A program made the translations under genes and the position numbers. Shown here piece by piece: positions 1 through 10,352 of a stretch of DNA of 50,313 nucleotides. Under the pieces are notes generated by a model. The model was not told where the DNA came from and searched no databases. It was given only the letters and a program-made list of their open reading frames with translations. Position 1 is the first letter of the stretch. Each line of letters begins with the position of its first letter. This stretch comes from a bacterium (GTDB taxonomy: Bacteria; Patescibacteriota; Saccharimonadia; Saccharimonadales; DATKHC01). The stretch covers positions 1 to 50,313 of the forward strand of contig JAJXXC010000010.1 of NCBI GenBank assembly GCA_021781215.1, written 5' to 3'.

Positions 1-447
<447 letters not shown>

Positions 448-448
<1 letters not shown>

Positions 449-876
449 TGATTCGCTTCAAGTTAATTACTTTAACTGGGGTAAAATTTGACGAGGATGT
501 TTACGAAGTTATTTTGCCTACACTAGATGGTCAAATTGGCATACTTCCCGGTCATATGCCACTAACGGCTGTTGCTACCATAGGTGTAATTTCGGTTCGA
601 AGAAACGCGAAGGATAAGGACTATAAGCTTGAATACTTTGCCTCTAACCGTGGCATCATTGAAGTTAAGGATGATGTATTAAAAGCAATAGTAGGCGAAG
701 CCGATAATGCTTCTGAAATTGATGAAAATCAGGCAAAAAAAGCTCATGAGCTAGCGTTGACAATGAAGTTAAATAGCAAAAATCAGGTTAGCCTAGAAGA
801 AGCTAGCAATTTAGTCGATTTATTGGCTGCAAAAATTAAGGTTGCTCAACTGCGCAAACTGCAGGAACGAAGATAA
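448..876 (+). CDS. atpC: F0F1 ATP synthase subunit epsilon
   Basis: Follows atpD with TAATG stop/start overlap at 446-450; LPTLDGQIGILPGHMPL motif. Start moved from 415 to 448. Confidence 0.92.
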
Positions 877-962
877 TTTAAGGTTATAAAATAATTTGCA
901 AAAACTACTAAACTTAGTTTATGCTTATAAATAATTAAATAACTTAAGGAGGGTTTCGTATA

Positions 963-1694
963 ATGTCACCGCGTAAAATTACAAACATTCTATTAACTGA
1001 GTTTGTTGGAACTTTTGTTTTAGCATTAGCTTTCATGTCAATGTTAGTTAGAACAAACTTTAGTTTCTTCTCAGCGCTTGCTGCAGCTCTAGTCTATGGC
1101 TTATTCATAGTAGTGTTTGGATCTAAAATTGTTGCTCATTTAAACCCAGCCGTAACCATTGGTTTATGGACTGCAAGGAAAATTAATACCATTAGTGCAT
1201 TTTTGTATGTTGTCCTACAAGTAGCAGCTGGATACTCAGCTCTTCGAGTTGGTCAATATTTCCTAAACACAACATTAGCTAAGACTGCTACCGGCGGTTT
1301 TGACTATAGAGTTATGATTGCCGAAGGGCTTGGTGCGTTAGTATTCTCACTAGCACTTGCCGCAGCCTTAAATCACTCAGACCGAGAATTACCTCTAAGC
1401 GAGAAAGCTATGTTAGTAGGATTTGGCTTATTCGTTGGAGTTGTTGTAGCTTCCCTAGCTGGCACCGGAATCATCAACCCAGCAGTAGCTATCTCTCTAA
1501 AATCGTTTAGTTGGGCATACGTCTTAGGACCAATTGTTGGTGCTATAGTCGGTTTCAACTTATACGAAACACTATTAGTTAAAAACTTTAAGGTTGGAAA
1601 TTTACTTACAACTGACGGAACAGTTTTTAGTACAAAGCCTGTTTCAACTAAGTCTGCTGCTAAAAAAGTAGCTAGCAAGACTAAGAAAAAGTAA
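963..1694 (+). CDS. MIP/aquaporin family channel
   Basis: EFVGTF helix 1, AHLNPAVT and GIINPAV motifs, six hydrophobic segments, AAGGAGG RBS upstream. Confidence 0.92.
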   Translation: MSPRKITNILLTEFVGTFVLALAFMSMLVRTNFSFFSALAAALVYGLFIVVFGSKIVAHLNPAVTIGLWTARKINTISAFLYVVLQVAAGYSALRVGQYFLNTTLAKTATGGFDYRVMIAEGLGALVFSLALAAALNHSDRELPLSEKAMLVGFGLFVGVVVASLAGTGIINPAVAISLKSFSWAYVLGPIVGAIVGFNLYETLLVKNFKVGNLLTTDGTVFSTKPVSTKSAAKKVASKTKKK

Positions 1695-1718
1695 TTTAAA
1701 TACAGTTACAAAGTCTAT

Positions 1719-1745
1719 AAAACGGTCTCTTAGGAGGCCGTTTTT
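1719..1745. terminator. Bidirectional intrinsic terminator
   Basis: AAAACGGTCTC-TTAG-GAGGCCGTTTTT hairpin with A/T tails between convergent genes. Confidence 0.8.
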
Positions 1746-4700
1746 ATATTTTGCCAGCTATTAAATCGTCCTCTAGCTGGATCATTCCCTTGAGCGAATT
1801 ATCGTACTTACTGGTGTCAATGATATCCAGATTGATTATCTTTTGCCAGATAATCTTGATCAATAGCTTCATTTTTTCCACATCTTGATCTTCAAATTCA
1901 ATTCGGTGGTTGACGATTTTGCCTGATTCATCGGGAGTTAGAAACTCGATGACCCCTTCATTAATTTTAATTGGCTTAGAGCCTACCCGATAATTGTTGC
2001 TTTCGAGTAAAATCTTATAAAACAATAATTGCCTTTTATATCTGTGACCTTTAGGCTCCCTGCTAAGACTTGAGGATGAGGCTGGTGGCGCGGTAGATTT
2101 ATAGTCAACTATACTTATCGAACTGTCTGAATTGAATTTTATAAGGTCAATTTTACCGGTTAACTTCTCTATCTCTGAATTAAGATAGGTCAATGGTATC
2201 TTATATTCACTCTGGTCTTTAGGTGAAAAATCTGTTAAATGGTGGTTGTACCATACTGATAGTTCGAGGCTTGCCTTTTGTTGGTAGAACGTAAGTTCCT
2301 CGCTGGTTAGCGGGCTATTTTTAAACTGATCGTTAAAGTTATTTATAAGTTCTTTTAGGGGAATAACCCGTTGATTATTCGAGTTAATCTTATGAAGATA
2401 GTTTATCGCCTCATGCATTGCAGTCCCGTAGATTAATTTAGGGTTAACCATTTGCGGTACACCAAGTAAATTATTAAAGATAAAATGATTCATATTATTG
2501 GTACCAATTTCCAAATAGTTATTTAAGTGGGTAGCACTGAGCTTAAAATTGTCTAGTATGGGCAGCATAGCCTCTTTGTAGTCATTTTTTCTAGTCAAAA
2601 GCATATTCTGCCAGTCTTGATTGAGAAAACTGATTATTTCAGCTTTATTTGAGTTAGCTATTTCAACAATTTTTATCTTGTCCTGGTCAACCCAATCCAA
2701 ATCTTCGGTCAAATGACCCCGATCATCTGCCTCGTAATTATTCAGATACAATGATTTTTTAGCTCTGGTAATCGATACGTAAAATGGTTTAACGATATTT
2801 TCGGACAAAAATAAAGCTGGTTCAATGAATTTATAAGCTATTGGCAGAACAAATTGACCAAGTGCACTGCCTCTAGTTTTAGCCCATAGCTTGTTATTAC
2901 AATCTAAAATGAATACATAGTCCCATTCTTCCCCTTTAGCTTTATAGGCCGTAGTAACAGCAACCGAATTGGCGCTACTAGCGGTCGAAGAGCGGTCAAC
3001 GAGTTGTATATAATCTTTGTTGATTAATTTGATGAATCTAATAAAATCTATTAATTTTATATTTTCGCCGCTGTAATTTAACCAATTAGTAAAGAAGTGT
3101 TTGAGCTTATTAAATTGGTTGATAAAAATAATAAAATTACTTTCAATAGCCGGGTTGTCTTGATTGAAATGAAAACTCAGCCATGGCAGAGTGACGGATT
3201 CATTATTAGCTAATTCAACTGGCTTAGCACCGATTAAGTAATTAAAGATTAACTCGAAAGAACTGCTTAAAGACAGTCTAGAAATCTCCTTAAATGCTTG
3301 CCATATTTTGACTAGATACTGATCGGTGTGGTTTTCGATAATTGCAGACCATTGTTTATAGTCCCGCCTGGAGCTAAGGGCAATGCTCCACCATAGGTCG
3401 GTCGATAAACCCCAGTATTCGGCTGATAACACCTTCGCCAATAAAGAATTTATCTCTTGGTCAGATGATGCCGCAATAGCTTGAATTAAATTCATCAAAT
3501 CGATAATTTCAGCAATTCTAGGTTGATCTAGAATATTACTATCTCTCTCGTAGGCAAATGGAATCTTCAGTTCGGTTAAGAAAGGTAGGATTTTAGAAAG
3601 CTGAGAATGTTGTTTGGAAATGATGCTTATATCTTTTGGCTGTACGCCAGCTTTAATTAATTCGGCAATCTTAAGGCTAACCTGATAGTAACTTTGGCTA
3701 GGGGCACTGGTTTTAATTGAGAAGATATCGGTATGTCTACCAGAGACGCTAGCAACCAGCGAAATAGCCTGATCATTTTCATTGGCGTTATCTAATACAG
3801 CCTTAGAAAAGTCCAGTAGTTCCTGCCCGCTTCGATAGTTATTAATTAGAGTGATTTGTTGACAATTATTCCATTTCTTGGCAAAGTCGATTAAAAGACT
3901 GCTATCTGCTCCCTGAAAGCTAAAAATTGCCTGATCGGGATCTCCAACAACCATTAAGTTTGGACTGCCTTCATATACCGGGTTATCGCATAAAAGTTTA
4001 AGTAATTGTTCCTGAGCCCCATTAGTATCTTGATATTCATCAACTAACACATATTGATACTGCTCTTGGACATTAAGTTTAAATTCCTGATTAGTGTTTA
4101 GGGCGTTCGAAGCCTTAAGAATCATGTCGTCATAGTCGTAATATCCCATAGACTCTAATTTGGCTTGGTATTGATCCAGCAATACGACTGCGGCCCTAAA
4201 CCTAACGATAGTCTTTTGATCTGTATATATCCGTTGATTTACCCCGCCGTTGGTGGTCCATCTTGTCTTCCAGGCAGTTATTGGTTTAGTAGAATCATCT
4301 TCAACCATTCCATCAATAGCAGCTGCTAATTCGACCAGTGATTGATTGCCTGTCCTAGAAGGGTGTTTCTGATGGTTAGCTTTCAGTCTAGTAAATAGTA
4401 GCTGATAGGCTGGTAATTTCTTCTTACTTACCGTGGTTGATAGAGCCTCGGTTAGAGCTTCAATAGATATTTTGAAAAACTGTTCCGACTGGTCGATATC
4501 TTCTAAAATTACGCTGGATGTTAATCCGGATCTTTTAAGCCACTGGAAAACAGTAGAGATGAACTTAATATAATAAAAGCCATCATCAGATCGCCTGGAT
4601 AACGGATTGCTATGATCTAGGTTTTCTAGTAACTGTTCAATAATCTCAAATACGGTAATTTCGTCTATCGACTTAGACATATTTGTTTGATCAGAATAAT

Positions 4701-5007
4701 CATTTAATTTAGTTATTAGATGCTGACCAAAGCTATGAAAGGTATGGAAGTTAACCCTACTAGATGGTTTACCAATAGTCGAACGTAACCTCTGCCTCAT
4801 GTTTTCGGCTGCACTCTCGGTAAACGTTAGACAAAGAATATTTTCTGGTAGAATATCGGTTTTTTGAAGAATGTTTTCAATTCTCATGGTTATGATCTGT
4901 GTTTTTCCGGTACCCGGACCAGCCCTCACCACTAATGGACCATCAATACAATTAACTGCAGCTAATTGTTGTGGGTTAAGAGATTTTAATCGCGCTTGAA
5001 AATCCAT
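1744..5007 (-). CDS. UvrD/PcrA-type SF1 DNA helicase fused to C-terminal PD-(D/E)XK nuclease (AddA/AdnB-like architecture)
   Basis: LNPQQ, AGPGTGKT, TFTESAA, VDEYQDTN, VGDPDQAIFSFQGA, NYRS, YVSITRAK; C-terminal LSATHLNNY, GTAMHE, GKIDLI, IVDYKS, QLLFY. Confidence 0.92.
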   Translation of the reverse strand: MDFQARLKSLNPQQLAAVNCIDGPLVVRAGPGTGKTQIITMRIENILQKTDILPENILCLTFTESAAENMRQRLRSTIGKPSSRVNFHTFHSFGQHLITKLNDYSDQTNMSKSIDEITVFEIIEQLLENLDHSNPLSRRSDDGFYYIKFISTVFQWLKRSGLTSSVILEDIDQSEQFFKISIEALTEALSTTVSKKKLPAYQLLFTRLKANHQKHPSRTGNQSLVELAAAIDGMVEDDSTKPITAWKTRWTTNGGVNQRIYTDQKTIVRFRAAVVLLDQYQAKLESMGYYDYDDMILKASNALNTNQEFKLNVQEQYQYVLVDEYQDTNGAQEQLLKLLCDNPVYEGSPNLMVVGDPDQAIFSFQGADSSLLIDFAKKWNNCQQITLINNYRSGQELLDFSKAVLDNANENDQAISLVASVSGRHTDIFSIKTSAPSQSYYQVSLKIAELIKAGVQPKDISIISKQHSQLSKILPFLTELKIPFAYERDSNILDQPRIAEIIDLMNLIQAIAASSDQEINSLLAKVLSAEYWGLSTDLWWSIALSSRRDYKQWSAIIENHTDQYLVKIWQAFKEISRLSLSSSFELIFNYLIGAKPVELANNESVTLPWLSFHFNQDNPAIESNFIIFINQFNKLKHFFTNWLNYSGENIKLIDFIRFIKLINKDYIQLVDRSSTASSANSVAVTTAYKAKGEEWDYVFILDCNNKLWAKTRGSALGQFVLPIAYKFIEPALFLSENIVKPFYVSITRAKKSLYLNNYEADDRGHLTEDLDWVDQDKIKIVEIANSNKAEIISFLNQDWQNMLLTRKNDYKEAMLPILDNFKLSATHLNNYLEIGTNNMNHFIFNNLLGVPQMVNPKLIYGTAMHEAINYLHKINSNNQRVIPLKELINNFNDQFKNSPLTSEELTFYQQKASLELSVWYNHHLTDFSPKDQSEYKIPLTYLNSEIEKLTGKIDLIKFNSDSSISIVDYKSTAPPASSSSLSREPKGHRYKRQLLFYKILLESNNYRVGSKPIKINEGVIEFLTPDESGKIVNHRIEFEDQDVEKMKLLIKIIWQKIINLDIIDTSKYDNSLKGMIQLEDDLIAGKI

Positions 5008-5043
5008 AACCTTAGTATAAATTACTAGGGGTAATTAATATAT

Positions 5044-6726
5044 TTATTTTACAGCTGGTAGTTTTTGATTATTACCAATAATTACCACAAAATCTGCTCC
5101 GGTAGGATTTAGAGTGGTGTTAGAACTTACAACTTTATTTCCAAACATAGCCTCTAAGTAAGTCTTGGTTGCAGGAAATTTATCGAAGGAATTATCAACA
5201 ATTTCAGTTGTGTTATAGATTGATGAGGCATTGCTAATTGAGGTGACGTTACCCCCATTATTGTTTATTTTTGTTTGATAGGCTCCAGCAATGCCTGAAG
5301 TATTGCTTCCGTTTTCGATAATAATGTTGGCATTTTCTCTAGCCAGCGGGTTACTTGAAATTAACTGATTGTAGTATTGAGTCATTTGACTATAGTTACC
5401 AATACCGGCTGTTGGAACTAAAGCATCCTGGCCCGACATAGGATCAACGTAACCGGTTAGAATTGCCTTATTGCATCCATTTTGTCCTAGGGTGAGAGTT
5501 GAGCAAAAAGCAAACGACTGCACATTAGATAGATTTATATTCTTGGATATTTTAACTAGTTGAAGAATATCTGGTAGGCTTAAATCTGTTTGAACGTTAT
5601 TGCCAAGAGCATCAAATAGGCTACCAATTTTAACCGGATTAGCAAGTACGCCAATGGTTTTAGCCTTAGCGGCAAGTGCAGTAAATATTTCTCGTTGATG
5701 GGCGGTTCGATCAAAATCCGAGCTTGGAAAGCCATATGCTCCGGGGCCGTCACCACGGGCACGCGCTAGGTTAAGTGCTTCTTGCCCATTTAGGTTAGCT
5801 AAGCCATTTGGTAGTTTCAGGTTAGTATATGGGTCATATAATCCTCTTGGGTCGGGGCTTTGTATATTAACCGTTACTCCTCCAACTGCATTTACTGAGT
5901 CTCTAAATGCTCCATAGTCGGATAGTGCATAGTAATCTATCGGAATACCAAGATCGGTAGTTATAATATGTTCTAATATTCCCATACCATTTTGAGGATA
6001 TCCAGGGAAATGAGTGCCAACGTTATCATTTGCTGCGTTGATCTTTTCCCAGCCCATGCCTGGAATATTAACCCAGAAATCGCGAGGAATGCTTAACATA
6101 AATGCAGTGTTATTTTGGGTATTAATACTAATAATAACTATAGAATCAGTTAATTGAGCTCCACCATGATTTAGTTGATCAGCAGAGTCTCCGGCTAAGA
6201 GAATATTAACCCTACCACTTGCCTCGCCCTTAAGAGTGGTAGATGAGAATAGACCACTTATGTTACTAATAATATTCCCGCCAAAGACCTTATCGATATT
6301 ATGGAAAAACTTAAAGCCTAGATAGCCGCCTATTACTAGAAAGAGAGTTACTATTATCGCTGCAACTAATTTTAATATTCTTTTTAGTCGTTTTTTCTTA
6401 TGGACTTTAGCCAATTGTTCGTTTTGGTGTCTTTCTCTTCGAGATATTTTTTTGATTTCTGGATTTTGTTCAGCCATAAAATTAGAAGTGACAATGCCTT
6501 GATTAAGAGTTGGTGATATTCTGGCAGCGTCTGGTTTGTTAAGTCTATTACTAGTCTGTCTGTTGAAGCCACCTAAGGGTGTTGATTTTCGGTGCGGTAT
6601 CGTTCCGGTGGTAGAACCGAGTTTAGCATTGATTATTTTCTCAAAAGGGTTTGCGAGTGGTGAGTTTAGTTTTGATGACACAAAACCATCTACACTTTTT
6701 GGCCGTCTTCTTCTGCTACTATCCAT
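5044..6726 (-). CDS. LCP (LytR-CpsA-Psr) family glycopolymer transferase with C-terminal LytR_C-like domain
   Basis: Single TM; NILLAG, LTDSI, LSIPRD, KINAA, ARAR, DFDRTAHQR; C-terminal IENGSNTSGIAG and ADFVVIIG. Confidence 0.92.
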   Translation of the reverse strand: MDSSRRRRPKSVDGFVSSKLNSPLANPFEKIINAKLGSTTGTIPHRKSTPLGGFNRQTSNRLNKPDAARISPTLNQGIVTSNFMAEQNPEIKKISRRERHQNEQLAKVHKKKRLKRILKLVAAIIVTLFLVIGGYLGFKFFHNIDKVFGGNIISNISGLFSSTTLKGEASGRVNILLAGDSADQLNHGGAQLTDSIVIISINTQNNTAFMLSIPRDFWVNIPGMGWEKINAANDNVGTHFPGYPQNGMGILEHIITTDLGIPIDYYALSDYGAFRDSVNAVGGVTVNIQSPDPRGLYDPYTNLKLPNGLANLNGQEALNLARARGDGPGAYGFPSSDFDRTAHQREIFTALAAKAKTIGVLANPVKIGSLFDALGNNVQTDLSLPDILQLVKISKNINLSNVQSFAFCSTLTLGQNGCNKAILTGYVDPMSGQDALVPTAGIGNYSQMTQYYNQLISSNPLARENANIIIENGSNTSGIAGAYQTKINNNGGNVTSISNASSIYNTTEIVDNSFDKFPATKTYLEAMFGNKVVSSNTTLNPTGADFVVIIGNNQKLPAVK

Positions 6727-6897
6727 TTAACTTCCTGTTTAATGACAAAATATTCAGTAATAAATCAATAACAATCAATATGACTAATCATCTATTTATT
6801 GATGTTGATTTAGTCCTTTATTATATAGTATTTAAGCTTTTTCATAAAATCATATTTTAAATAAAAATCGGTAATTCTGAGTATAAAACTGGGCAGA

Positions 6898-8691
6898 TTA
6901 ATTTACATATCCGCCGTTGGCCAATATATCAGTTACCTTACCAAACAGAAAAGCCCCATCTACAGTACCGGCGTATTCATAGGATGGTATGTGGGGGTTA
7001 TTTACTTGAATAAAGACTACGTAATCCGGCTTACCAATACCAATAAAACCAATGTAAGTACCGGTAAAGTCAGTATTCGAATATTTACCATTAATGGCAA
7101 CCTGGGCGGTCCCAGTCTTACCACCTGTTATATATCCAGCCCGTGGTTTGGTCATCTTGTCGATATAATAGTTAGTAGAGACGACCTGCTCCATTAGCGA
7201 TTGTAACTGCTGAGATACAATTGGTTTTATGATGTTTTTCTTAAGAATTATTGGCTTAGAATAAGTTGTTTGGCCGGTAGAAGTGTTAACTATGGCTTTA
7301 ACTAGGTTCGGCTTATAGTAAGTCCCCCCATTTAAGATAGCGGACTCAGCTGATATAAATTCAATTGGCGTAATATCTATACCCTGCCCAAAAGAAGTAT
7401 TAGCATAAGTAAGATTTAGAGCACTGCCAACATCTGGGCTAGGAACGGGAAAAGACGATTCGGCTGGTTGCTGAATACCAGTAATGTGACCAAAATTATA
7501 CTTATTCACCAGGTAGTTGTACCAAATATCTCGAGCCTGTTGATTTACTTGTCCTCCACCCATTTGCATTAACATCCATACGGCACCAGTATTTAACGAT
7601 GCGATGAGAATAGTGGCAATATTTCTTTGCTGCGGACCGCCATCAATTGATACGTCCCTAATAGTAGACCCATCAATGGTCCATTGTGCAGGATCATAAA
7701 ATGAAGAAGTTGGGGTAATTACACCTTGATTTAGGGCGGCCGCAGTGGTAAAGGTTTTCATAATTGAACCCGGTTCAACCAAACTACTAACTGCGGCATT
7801 TTGATAGACACTTTGGTTATTGGCATAGTTTTGATACTGACCGGGATTATAGGTAGGGTAATCAGCCATAGACACAATGTTCCCATCATTTGGATTCATT
7901 ACGATTACCGTACCAGAATCGGCTTTAGTACTGGTAACCACTGAAGCCAGAGCTTGCTCTACCTGCTCTTGGATGGGAATATTAAGAGTTAAAATAACAT
8001 TATCACCATTCACCGGTTGTTTAATGATATTTGACTGGCTATATAAAAGATTGCCCTGAGCATCGGTTATGCCCTTTACGCTACCTTGAGTACCTCCGAG
8101 TATATTATTGTAATATTGTTCGATACCGTTTTGGCCCTGGCCGTTAGCGTTGACAAAGCCTAGAACTTGAGCAGCAAGAGATCCGTCTGGATAAACTCGT
8201 TTCTGTTGAGGCGTAGTGTTGATTCCATAGATATTTAGGTTACTGATCGCATCTTTTTGGCTTTGACTAATTGACTCATTTAAAACTACATACTCAGTAT
8301 TCTTAGTATTTATTAGGCTTAGATAGTTTGCCGTTGTTCCGCCAATAATTTTTTGAATATTAGTAGCGGCGTAAAGTTTGGCTTTGTTGGTGGTAAAATT
8401 TGCAGGATCAGCAAATAATACGTAAGTAGTCTGATTTAGTACTAGAGGTGTAACTACATTGTTGCTGTAGGCTTCAATCATGCCACGTTGGGCGGGTAGT
8501 GCAAACTGTTTAATCTGTGATCTATTCGCAGCCGTCTGGTAGTAGTTATGTTCAATTACTTGAAGTTGAAACAAACGTAGAATAATTATTGCGAAAATAA
8601 CTAATAAAAAACCGTAGACTAATCTAATCCTAAATAGTATGTGCGGTAGTTTAGTGTTTTTTTGTTGAACTAATCTTTTTGTTTGATTCAT
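6898..8691 (-). CDS. Class B penicillin-binding protein (PBP2/FtsI type)
   Basis: N-terminal TM, AQRGMI, RVYPDG, SxxK (EPGSIMK), SxN (SLN), KTG (GKTGTAQ). Confidence 0.93.
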   Translation of the reverse strand: MNQTKRLVQQKNTKLPHILFRIRLVYGFLLVIFAIIILRLFQLQVIEHNYYQTAANRSQIKQFALPAQRGMIEAYSNNVVTPLVLNQTTYVLFADPANFTTNKAKLYAATNIQKIIGGTTANYLSLINTKNTEYVVLNESISQSQKDAISNLNIYGINTTPQQKRVYPDGSLAAQVLGFVNANGQGQNGIEQYYNNILGGTQGSVKGITDAQGNLLYSQSNIIKQPVNGDNVILTLNIPIQEQVEQALASVVTSTKADSGTVIVMNPNDGNIVSMADYPTYNPGQYQNYANNQSVYQNAAVSSLVEPGSIMKTFTTAAALNQGVITPTSSFYDPAQWTIDGSTIRDVSIDGGPQQRNIATILIASLNTGAVWMLMQMGGGQVNQQARDIWYNYLVNKYNFGHITGIQQPAESSFPVPSPDVGSALNLTYANTSFGQGIDITPIEFISAESAILNGGTYYKPNLVKAIVNTSTGQTTYSKPIILKKNIIKPIVSQQLQSLMEQVVSTNYYIDKMTKPRAGYITGGKTGTAQVAINGKYSNTDFTGTYIGFIGIGKPDYVVFIQVNNPHIPSYEYAGTVDGAFLFGKVTDILANGGYVN

Positions 8692-8786
8692 TGGTTTTTT
8701 TTATTTAATCGATTATATTTTAAGATTATATCTTTAATCTACTGACTTGTGAAGGTTAACTAGTTAATATATGTTATTTTAGAGTT

Positions 8787-9419
8787 ATGTCTCATATTGC
8801 TTCAAATTTACCCAATGCTATTCTAGTCCTCGAGCCTTTCGTGAAACATTATGGTTATTTTGGTGTCGGCGGTCTATTGCTACTTGAGAGTACTGGCATA
8901 CCGATTCCAGGGGAAACTACTCTTATAGCTGCTGCAGTATTCTCAGGGCTCGGTCAGCTGAATATTTTAATAGTTATTATTGTCGGTATTATGGCCTGTG
9001 TTATTGGTGATAATATTGCCTATCTTATCGGTTCAACCGGTGGCCGAAGATTAATTGAGAAATATGGCAAATATATTCTACTTGATCAAGCTAAGTATCG
9101 TCGAGTTGAAGAATTCTTTGAAAAACGCGGTGGAATAGTGGTGATTGGTGCTAGATTTTTCGAAGGGTTAAGACAACTCAATGGTTTTATTGCTGGCAGT
9201 AGTAGCATGAGTTGGTCGTCATTTCTAGCCTTCAATGTTATTGGCGCGGTTTTATGGGTTGGTTTTTGGTCAATTGTCGGCTTTTTTAGTGGTAGTTACA
9301 TTAATACCTTGCTTAAGTACCAGGCATATTTATCGATGGCATTATTAGCAGTAGCTGTGTTCTTCGCACTTAAATTTTTATTAAACAAAAGGAAACGAAA
9401 AAATGCACATAGTAAGTAA
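8787..9419 (+). CDS. DedA family membrane protein
   Basis: ESTGIPIPGE, GDNIAYLIG, ARFFEGLR motifs. Confidence 0.92.
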   Translation: MSHIASNLPNAILVLEPFVKHYGYFGVGGLLLLESTGIPIPGETTLIAAAVFSGLGQLNILIVIIVGIMACVIGDNIAYLIGSTGGRRLIEKYGKYILLDQAKYRRVEEFFEKRGGIVVIGARFFEGLRQLNGFIAGSSSMSWSSFLAFNVIGAVLWVGFWSIVGFFSGSYINTLLKYQAYLSMALLAVAVFFALKFLLNKRKRKNAHSK

Positions 9420-9780
9420 TAGTATTTTTGAATCATTAGTTACTAAGGCGGTAGATAATCTACCTGAGGCTTATCGCCAAAAAGTAGATAATGTGGCATT
9501 TATAGTCGAAGATAATCCATCCCCAGAACAAAGAATTAAACTAGAACTAGCGGATAATCAGACGTTATTTGGACTATATGAAGGGGTACCTCTGCCAGAG
9601 CGACAGGGGTCATTAAAAATTATGCCTGATAAAATTACCATCTTTAAATCACCAATCGAGTCATCGGTTAATGATTTGCCTGGTCTTTATGACGCAATAG
9701 CCAGAACTGTTTGGCATGAGGTAGCTCATTATTTCGGCCTAGATCATAAAATGATTGATCGTCTAAATAATCTATCCTAA
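9403..9780 (+). CDS. Minimal zincin-like metallopeptidase family protein
   Basis: LFGLYEGVPL, PDKITIF, HEVAHYFG (HExxH). Confidence 0.88.
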   Translation: MHIVSNSIFESLVTKAVDNLPEAYRQKVDNVAFIVEDNPSPEQRIKLELADNQTLFGLYEGVPLPERQGSLKIMPDKITIFKSPIESSVNDLPGLYDAIARTVWHEVAHYFGLDHKMIDRLNNLS

Positions 9781-9802
9781 TCCTTAAGGCACTGTTTAGC
9801 AG

Positions 9803-10258
9803 CTACAGAAGCTCTTCTAAGACCACAGACCAGTCTTTGACCCATGTTATGCCATCTGGTAAATTATTCCTTCTGTGAAGGTTGTGTAGGCCAAATAGAT
9901 AGACCTTGATGCCGTGTTCTACGCAATCAATAGCATTACTCATTTTATCGTCGAGAATAACTTTAGCCCCAATTCGCTTGCAAATCTGCGACTTAAGCCC
10001 TTTTGGACCGATAGGTGTTTTATAGTGTACGAAATCAATCCCCCTAAATGTATTGGGAAAAAACTTCTTAATCCAGCGTTTAGTCGCTCTCTTAAATAAT
10101 GGATGCCGAGCGGTAATAATGTGTAAATCATACTTCTGTTTAATCTGTGCTATTGCCTCAATTGCACCATCGTATGGTTTGGTTGATTTGAATATAGCTG
10201 AACGGTATGGCCCTAGCACCCTATCTAGATCAATGGCAATAATTTCCTTTTCAGACAT
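9803..10258 (-). CDS. HAD-superfamily 5'(3')-deoxyribonucleotidase-like protein
   Basis: IAIDLDRVL (DxD), IITAR, K motif, ILDD, C-terminal VKDW. Confidence 0.75.
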   Translation of the reverse strand: MSEKEIIAIDLDRVLGPYRSAIFKSTKPYDGAIEAIAQIKQKYDLHIITARHPLFKRATKRWIKKFFPNTFRGIDFVHYKTPIGPKGLKSQICKRIGAKVILDDKMSNAIDCVEHGIKVYLFGLHNLHRRNNLPDGITWVKDWSVVLEELL

Positions 10259-10352
10259 CTAAGTGTTATCCCTCAACATTAACTTAGATTATAATAACAG
10301 ACTTTTGCTTATCACTATTTAAAGTCAGTTATGGTTGCTGTAATTTTAGGGA

